From the NCBI GenBank assembly GCA_038046345.1, contig JBBSWJ010000016.1, positions 1 to 12,614 on the forward strand: 12,614 nt of DNA, written 5' to 3'. Numbering within the stretch: the first letter of the stretch is position 1; each line of letters begins with the position of its first letter. The position numbers and the translations under genes were made by a program. Source of the stretch: Nanobdellota archaeon (lineage in GTDB: Archaea; Nanobdellota; Nanobdellia; SCGC-AAA011-G17; JACPNG01). Below, piece after piece: positions 7,444 through 12,614 of the stretch. The notes beneath the pieces were generated by a model. The model did no database searches and was not told the DNA's origin. It was given only the letters and a program-made list of their open reading frames with translations.

Positions 7444-8442
7444 CTAAAAGTCCCCCAGTGATCTTTGGCCTTTATCCCTTCTACATAATTTCTCAAGAGT
7501 TTTATTAACACGCACCAATGAAAAATCATGGTCATCCACCAGTATTTTTCTTACTCTATCTTGATCAACTTCTCCCCATTTTAGATCAACATCTTTTACT
7601 GGCATTTTTTCAAAAACATCAACAATTTCTTTCCAGTCTAATTCTGGGCTGACTAATTTAAATAATATTTTTGGATCATTGTATTCTTTCACTAATTTTA
7701 AGGCTTTTTTAGGACCTATTCCCTTCACACCACCAGGATTGAAATCAGTACCTACCAGTATAGCTAGATATAATAATTGCTTTTGATTAATCTCCAGCTT
7801 TTTTAAGACTTCATCAATGTAAATAATTTTTGGTGAAATCATAACCACCCCAGATGATGTCTTCCTTTTGTTTGACAATGTTAAACTCTCAATCATTCTA
7901 GGAGCTCCATAAACAAGATTGTCATAATCAGTACTAGCAACGGCCCATACTCGCCCTTTTTTACACAAATAAGCTGCTTGCGCTTCAGCTTCACTATCGG
8001 CTTGCACTACAGGTAAGCCTAACGCAGTTAGCAATTCTTTAGATTCTGAAACCATATCTTTGGTTAGCTTAGCTGTTTGTTTAGAGTATTTTAATAATGC
8101 ATTGAGATCTTCCTTATCTACTTCTGAAAGCTTCTCCTCAGCATTAGACTTAGCAGACCTTCTGTTCTCTTGTTCTGTAAACTTGAGAGCTGGCGGTTTT
8201 CCATCAAAGACAAATGCTAGCTTAATATCTTTCTGCATAAGATTAGTAACACGCGAAAAGATTCCAACTAAATGTGATGTAGTCCTACCCTGATTATCCA
8301 TCAAGAGCGTTCCGTCCTGCTGACGAATAGACGAGATAAACTGAAAGATCATGTTTGAAGAGTCAACAGCAATTTTTTTATTGGACAAATCATTAAAGTC
8401 TAACACCTGTTTAGTTACAATCTCAGAAATTTTGATTCCCAT
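7444..8442 (-). CDS. fen: Flap endonuclease 1 (332 aa; start moved from the ORF-track 8538 to ATG 8442, MGIKISEIV)
   Basis: Canonical FEN1 N-terminus MG.K....V and acidic residues in AVDSSN, FVFDGKPP, EAEAQAA, STDYD and GTDFNPGGVKGIGPKKAL (H3TH). C-terminal PIP-like QRSLGDF. The 32 extra upstream residues in the ORF track do not resemble FEN1 and would cover a BRE/TATA-like site. Confidence 0.96.
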   Translation of the reverse strand: MGIKISEIVTKQVLDFNDLSNKKIAVDSSNMIFQFISSIRQQDGTLLMDNQGRTTSHLVGIFSRVTNLMQKDIKLAFVFDGKPPALKFTEQENRRSAKSNAEEKLSEVDKEDLNALLKYSKQTAKLTKDMVSESKELLTALGLPVVQADSEAEAQAAYLCKKGRVWAVASTDYDNLVYGAPRMIESLTLSNKRKTSSGVVMISPKIIYIDEVLKKLEINQKQLLYLAILVGTDFNPGGVKGIGPKKALKLVKEYNDPKILFKLVSPELDWKEIVDVFEKMPVKDVDLKWGEVDQDRVRKILVDDHDFSLVRVNKTLEKLCRRDKGQRSLGDF

Positions 8443-8463
8443 GTATTTGCAAGAAAATCTTAA

Positions 8464-8478
8464 TTTAAAATATTTTCC
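8464..8478 (-). promoter_or_regulatory. Candidate BRE + TATA box for fen-trm5
   Basis: The minus strand reads GGAAAA-TA-TTTTAAA, then 21 nt to the FEN1 ATG (8442). Confidence 0.5.
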
Positions 8479-8542
8479 TAACACTTTAAGTGCCTTCTTT
8501 CCAAGAGTCCAAATATGTTTTTTGCTTAAACATAACAATCAA

Positions 8543-8562
8543 CTTTTTTATTTTTAAAAAAG
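8543..8562. repeat. Perfect 8-bp inverted repeat CTTTTTTA-tttt-TAAAAAAG in the fen / MFS divergent intergenic region
   Basis: Read directly from the sequence. Function unknown; the arms are low-complexity. Confidence 0.6.
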
Positions 8563-8598
8563 ACTGTACCACCACTACCAAGTTGCTTCAACCAAATA

Positions 8599-8606
8599 TT
8601 AATAAA
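8599..8606 (+). promoter_or_regulatory. Candidate TATA box for the half-MFS / nuclease genes
   Basis: TTAATAAA ends 23 nt before the ATG at 8630. A second TATA-like TATAAATA at 8613-8620 is probably too close to the start. Confidence 0.35.
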
Positions 8607-8629
8607 TTACGGTATAAATATCCTAACAT

Positions 8630-9262
8630 ATGAACAGGATGATAAAAATTTTAATGATTTCAGACATCCTAATATTAACCAGCTTTGGCTTGACTGACCC
8701 AATAATTGCAATCTTCTTCAAGGAAAACCTAAAAGGTGGAACAATCCTAATGGCAGGTTTAGCAAGCACAGTTTATTTTGTGGTAAAGTGCGCAATACAA
8801 CTACCATTCTCCAGATATGTTGACTCTCATTCAGATAAAGCAAGGATGAGGTGGTTAATTCTTGGAAGTATTCTAATATCAGCAACTCCATTTATTTATA
8901 TATTTGCAGAACATGTTTATGTAATATTTGCAGCTCAAGTTCTACATGGTATTGGCAGCGGGCTAGCATATCCAACATGGTTAGGATTATGGAGCACACA
9001 TCTGGACAAAAAGAAAGAAAGTTTTGAATGGAGCTTATACTCCACACTAACAGGGTTAGGAACAGCTACAACAGCCGCTGTAGGAGCAGCACTATCCCAG
9101 TTCATCGGGTTTACATTCGCCTTCACGATGGTAGGGACAATATCCCTTACTGGTAGTTTAATGTTACTTTGTTTAGAAAAGAAACGGAGTAAATTAAATA
9201 TTGCCATGGAAACAAATTATCATAAAAAACGCAAACTAATTAGCGGAAGACATAGAACCTAA
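8630..9262 (+). CDS. Half-size major facilitator superfamily (MFS) protein, about 6 TM helices
   Basis: 210 aa, hydrophobic, with motif A-like QLPFSRYVDSHSDK, QVLHGIGSGLAYP (TM4) and motif C-like GLGTATTAAVGAAL (TM5). Ends after TM6 in a basic tail. The next ORF is not a membrane protein. Confidence 0.82.
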   Translation: MNRMIKILMISDILILTSFGLTDPIIAIFFKENLKGGTILMAGLASTVYFVVKCAIQLPFSRYVDSHSDKARMRWLILGSILISATPFIYIFAEHVYVIFAAQVLHGIGSGLAYPTWLGLWSTHLDKKKESFEWSLYSTLTGLGTATTAAVGAALSQFIGFTFAFTMVGTISLTGSLMLLCLEKKRSKLNIAMETNYHKKRKLISGRHRT

Positions 9263-9287
9263 TACATCAAAACAACTTTTCAAAAAA

Positions 9288-9923
9288 ATGGTGATACAAG
9301 CAAAATACCTACCACACACTGGCGGAGCTTATGTTTATAGAGTAAGCCATACAAAGACCCTAGAACTATGCAAAAAACATCCTTCACTGAAATTATATCT
9401 TGAAAAAATGTTTTTAACATGCCCAGATAAGTATTTCTCAAATGGAGGACCAAGAAGCAGCTTACTAAGATTCAAACTAGCAGGCACATCACCAAAAGAA
9501 ACTACAGCCCATGAAGTATCCATATTAAGCAAACATGGATTAAGCATAAACTTTGACAGAATCAAAGACAATCACTCTAGAGTACAATTATTCATGTTAG
9601 AAAACGATAAAAAAACAATAGCAATAGAAGTACCATTATGGTTACATCATAACGAATTAGAACGCTATAACACCTTATTCAATACAAAAGAAGAACTTAC
9701 CGGGCATATAGATGTTTTAAGAATTGAAAACTCAAAAATATGGATATGGGATTACAAACCTAATCCAAAAAAAGAAGAATACGCAACAACCCAAGTTTAT
9801 TTCTATGCATTAATGCTTTCAAAAAGAACAGGAATACCACTCACCGAGTTTAGATGCGGGTATTTTAATGATACCCTAGCTTATACTTTCCTACCAGAAA
9901 TGATGAAACTACCAAATAACTAA
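9288..9923 (+). CDS. PD-(D/E)XK superfamily nuclease (RecB-like), standalone
   Basis: H96, E114 (IAIEVP), D142 (LTGHIDVL), D155-Y-K157 (IWDYKP) and the RecB-type Q169xxxY173 (TQVYFY) motif. Confidence 0.8.
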   Translation: MVIQAKYLPHTGGAYVYRVSHTKTLELCKKHPSLKLYLEKMFLTCPDKYFSNGGPRSSLLRFKLAGTSPKETTAHEVSILSKHGLSINFDRIKDNHSRVQLFMLENDKKTIAIEVPLWLHHNELERYNTLFNTKEELTGHIDVLRIENSKIWIWDYKPNPKKEEYATTQVYFYALMLSKRTGIPLTEFRCGYFNDTLAYTFLPEMMKLPNN

Positions 9924-9943
9924 TGATATTATTAGCGCAGTTC

Positions 9944-9950
9944 TTATAAA
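9944..9950 (+). promoter_or_regulatory. Candidate TATA box for polB
   Basis: TTATAAA ends 22 nt before the polB ATG (9973), within a 49-nt gap. Confidence 0.5.
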
Positions 9951-9972
9951 CACAGCATTTTTTGAGTAGTTT

Positions 9973-12426
9973 ATGAAAATAAAATTCTACCCATACGATG
10001 TAGATTACACTATAGACAATGATGGAAAAGCAATAATAAGAATATTTGGAAGAACAGAAGACGGTAAAAAAATTTGCGCAATTGATAAAAGTTTTGAACC
10101 ATACTTCTACGTGGAACCAGACAAAAATGTACAATCAGCACAGCATCAAGTAGAACAATTAAAACAAGATGATTCATTTGTAACAAAAACCAAAATAGTA
10201 AAAAAGAAATACTTAGGCGAAGAAATAACATTAATACAAGTATTTACAAACGCACCACAAGCTGTACCTAAACTAAAAGAACTGGCAGATGATCTGCCAA
10301 ATATCATTAACAAATTTGAAACAGATATTCTATTTGCAAGAAGATACTTAATTGATAAAAATATAATCCCTACAACACTATGCATAATCGAAGGAGAAGA
10401 AATAAAAGAAGACTATCATGTTGATGTTGTAATAGAAATTAAAAGCATTAAAAACGATGCAAGCAAACCTTTTGAAACGCCAAAAATATTAGCATTTGAT
10501 ATTGAAACTTACACAAAACCAGGAAGCTACTCTAATACAAGATACGACCCAATAATCAGCTTAGCAGTTTATGGGAAGAACTATAAGAAGGTCATTACCT
10601 GGAAAAAGTTTGATACAGAAGATTTAGATTATTTATTTGTACAAAACGAAACAGAGCTAATACAAAAGTTTGCACAAATAATTAATACATACATGCCAGA
10701 TTATATAACTGGATATTTTACAGACGGATTTGATTTTCCATACATACGTGACAGAGCTAAAAAACTTAACATTACATGGGATATTGGGGCTGATAAAAGT
10801 GCAGTAAACTTCTCAAAACACGGGATTAAAGAATCAAGAATACACGGAATTGCCCATTTAGACCTAACCAGATTTATTAGAATAATAATGGGAGACACAT
10901 TAGAAATAGATAGCTATTCATTAGATAATGTGTCTAAAGAATTACTCGGCGATCAAAAACTTGAAATGGACTTTAATAAAATCGCGGCAGCATGGGATAC
11001 TGGAATGGGAATAAAAGAAATATGTGATTATAACTTACACGATGCAGAATTAACCTATAAGCTATGTGAAAAAATATTGCCCACCATATCAGAAATAGTA
11101 CAACTGGTTGGGCAGCCAATACATGATGTATGTAGAATGACATTTGGACAAATAATAGAATGGTACCTAATCAGAAAATCAATCACACAAAAAGAAGTCA
11201 TTCCTAACAAGCCTATATTTTCAGAGATAGCAGGAAGAAAAGAAAACACATACCAAGGAGCATACGTATTTGAGCCAAAACCAGGATTATACGAAAACAT
11301 TGTAGTATTTGATTTCAGAAGCCTATACCCTACATTGATAATCTCACACAATATTGATAAAAGTACGCTCACAACCATACAAGAAAATTCTTTTGTAACA
11401 CCAGAAATTGAAGACGATGGTTTTAAAAAACAATTTTGTTTCACAAAAAAGAAAATAGGATTCATACCTGAAGTACTAAAAGAAATTATACTAAAAAGAA
11501 ACGAAATAAAAAAAGAAATAAAAAACTTACAAAAGAAAGATGTTATACTAGAAGCAAAAAGTTATGCACTTAAGATAATAGCCAACTCCGCATATGGCAT
11601 GTTTGGATTTTTTGGGGCAAGATGGTACTCCGTTGAATGCGCAGCTGCAATCACAGCATGGGGAAGAGAATACGTACAAAAAACAGCCAAAAGTGCACAA
11701 GAAGAAAACTTTGGATTTATCGGCGGAGATACTGATTCAATCATCTTAACATTACAAGACAAAACAAAAAATGACGCACTAAACTTCATGAAAAAAATAA
11801 ACAAAACACTCCCAGAAATGATGGAACTAGAACTAGAAGACTTCTATAAAAGAGGAATATTCGTAGCAAAAAAAGGGGATAAAAAAGGAGCAAAAAAGAA
11901 ATACGCGCTAATAAATGAAAAAGAAATCTTAAAGATCAAAGGATTTGAAACAGTAAGAAGAGATTGGAGCAAACTTGCAAGAAAACTACAAAAAGAAGTT
12001 CTAAAAATATTACTTTTAGAAAACAATCCAAACAAAGCAAAAGATTATGTTATAGAAACAATCAATAAACTAAAACACAAAGAAATCCAAGTAGAAGATA
12101 TAGTAATAAAAACCCAACTAAGAAAAGACATATCTAAATACGAAAGTATTGGACCACATGTAAAAGTAGCACAAAGAATGAAACAAAAAGGAATACCAGT
12201 AAACACAGGAGCTGTAATTGAATACGTTGTGACATCAGGAAAAGGAACAATAGGGAACAGAGCAAGACTACCAGAAGAATGCCAAGAAAAAGACTATGAT
12301 ACAAACTATTACATAAACAACCAGATTATTCCAGCAGTACAAATGATATTTGATGCAATTAATCTTAACATAAAAGAACTTACACAAGAAAAAGGACAAT
12401 CAAAACTAGATCAATTCTTTAACTAA
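9973..12426 (+). CDS. polB: Family B DNA polymerase (archaeal PolB3-like), 817 aa
   Basis: Exo I AFDIETY, Exo II GYFTDGFDFPYI, Exo III YNLHDA, YQGA, region II DFRSLYPT, region III KIIANSAYG, region I GGDTDS, KKKYA, KGFETVRRDW and C-terminal PIP box QSKLDQFF. No intein visible. Confidence 0.97.
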   Translation: MKIKFYPYDVDYTIDNDGKAIIRIFGRTEDGKKICAIDKSFEPYFYVEPDKNVQSAQHQVEQLKQDDSFVTKTKIVKKKYLGEEITLIQVFTNAPQAVPKLKELADDLPNIINKFETDILFARRYLIDKNIIPTTLCIIEGEEIKEDYHVDVVIEIKSIKNDASKPFETPKILAFDIETYTKPGSYSNTRYDPIISLAVYGKNYKKVITWKKFDTEDLDYLFVQNETELIQKFAQIINTYMPDYITGYFTDGFDFPYIRDRAKKLNITWDIGADKSAVNFSKHGIKESRIHGIAHLDLTRFIRIIMGDTLEIDSYSLDNVSKELLGDQKLEMDFNKIAAAWDTGMGIKEICDYNLHDAELTYKLCEKILPTISEIVQLVGQPIHDVCRMTFGQIIEWYLIRKSITQKEVIPNKPIFSEIAGRKENTYQGAYVFEPKPGLYENIVVFDFRSLYPTLIISHNIDKSTLTTIQENSFVTPEIEDDGFKKQFCFTKKKIGFIPEVLKEIILKRNEIKKEIKNLQKKDVILEAKSYALKIIANSAYGMFGFFGARWYSVECAAAITAWGREYVQKTAKSAQEENFGFIGGDTDSIILTLQDKTKNDALNFMKKINKTLPEMMELELEDFYKRGIFVAKKGDKKGAKKKYALINEKEILKIKGFETVRRDWSKLARKLQKEVLKILLLENNPNKAKDYVIETINKLKHKEIQVEDIVIKTQLRKDISKYESIGPHVKVAQRMKQKGIPVNTGAVIEYVVTSGKGTIGNRARLPEECQEKDYDTNYYINNQIIPAVQMIFDAINLNIKELTQEKGQSKLDQFFN

Positions 12427-12471
12427 ACAACCCAAGGTATTGTTGCATCTACGGGCTTAGATAAGTGAAGA

Positions 12472-12614
12472 TTAATATTCTCTTCTTAAAATGGCGGCCG
12501 CATCAACCATAGATTTTACTTTTGCAAAGGCTACATCTCTGGGAAAGGGCATTCTCATTCCTGGAGCATATCCGCAGTCAGGATTTAACCAAATTCTTTC
12601 AGGATCAATATAAT
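12472..12614 (-). CDS. Cobalamin-independent methionine synthase II family (MetE-like / Meth_synt_2) protein, 3' end only
   Basis: Not in the ORF track. The reverse strand from 12612 reads YIDPERIWLNPDCGYAPGMRMPFPRDVAFAKVKSMVDAAAILRREY*, matching the family C-terminus (P.RIW.NPDCG...AF.K...MV.AA..LR) including the Zn-ligand Cys. Confidence 0.8.
   Translation of the reverse strand, partial: YIDPERIWLNPDCGYAPGMRMPFPRDVAFAKVKSMVDAAAILRREY

Noticed and set aside
8443-8538. 32-codon N-terminal extension of FEN1 given by the ORF track (MLCLSKKH...)
   Set aside because: FEN1 homologs start at MG.K (8442). The extension covers a well-spaced BRE/TATA candidate and looks like an open stretch of intergenic DNA.
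8443-8629. Replication origin in the AT-rich divergent gap among replication genes
   Set aside because: No ORB-like repeats with G-strings, no adjacent cdc6/orc1, and the 187 nt are largely explained by two promoters.
9262-9290. Possible frameshift or readthrough joining the half-MFS to the downstream ORF (A7 run at 9282-9288)
   Set aside because: The MFS stop precedes the A-run, the nuclease frame is closed by TAA at 9237-9239, and the downstream protein is a soluble nuclease, not the missing MFS half.
143-12035. The many 60-130 aa antisense or alternate-frame ORFs in the track (e.g. 143-493, 507-851, 3789-4184, 8351-8557, 11055-11465)
   Set aside because: All lie over well-supported genes, have F/L/S-rich shadow composition expected from the reverse of A-rich coding DNA, and show no recognisable motif.
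9288-12426. Casposon or other self-synthesising element (Cas4-like nuclease next to PolB)
   Set aside because: No Cas1, no terminal inverted repeats or target duplication seen. The PolB is an RNA-primed cellular type with a uracil pocket and PIP box, not protein-primed, and the nuclease lacks the Cas4 Cys cluster.
12426-12462. Two small hairpins between the converging polB and metE-like genes (AACAA/TTGTT at 12426-12444; ATCTA/TAGAT at 12447-12462)
   Set aside because: The 5-bp AT-rich stems are too weak and too likely by chance to call a terminator.
1-12614. tRNA, rRNA, CRISPR array, IS element or alternative genetic code
   Set aside because: Intergenic gaps are at most 187 nt and contain no cloverleaf or spaced repeats. 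No transposase ORF is present. TAA, TAG and TGA all end conserved genes at expected lengths.

Overview
AT-rich, densely coded archaeal chromosome segment. It is most likely DPANN (Woesearchaeota-like); this is inferred from a fused PriS-PriL primase and a trimmed spc-operon tail. 1-3367 is the end of the spc ribosomal-protein operon (uL30 3' end, uL15, secY, DUF106/EMC3-TMCO1 family protein, eL34, eL14, prefoldin alpha), with adk and cmk missing from their usual positions. 3445-6636 (+) encodes a single-chain primase, a HerA/DUF87-like ATPase and RlmE. 6640-8442 (-) encodes FEN1 followed by an aTrm5a-like tRNA methyltransferase that lacks the N-terminal D1 domain. 8630-12426 (+) encodes a half-size (6-TM) MFS protein, a standalone PD-(D/E)XK nuclease and a family B DNA polymerase with two atypical motif substitutions (GGDTDS for YGDTDS; Exo II Asn to Phe). 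The window ends in the 3' end of a MetE-like (Meth_synt_2) gene on the - strand. I saw no rRNA, tRNA, CRISPR array or mobile element. Mostly housekeeping. The best leads are the half-MFS plus nuclease pair ahead of polB, the PolB motif changes and the primase-ATPase pairing. Family assignments come from recognising motifs by eye, not from database searches.
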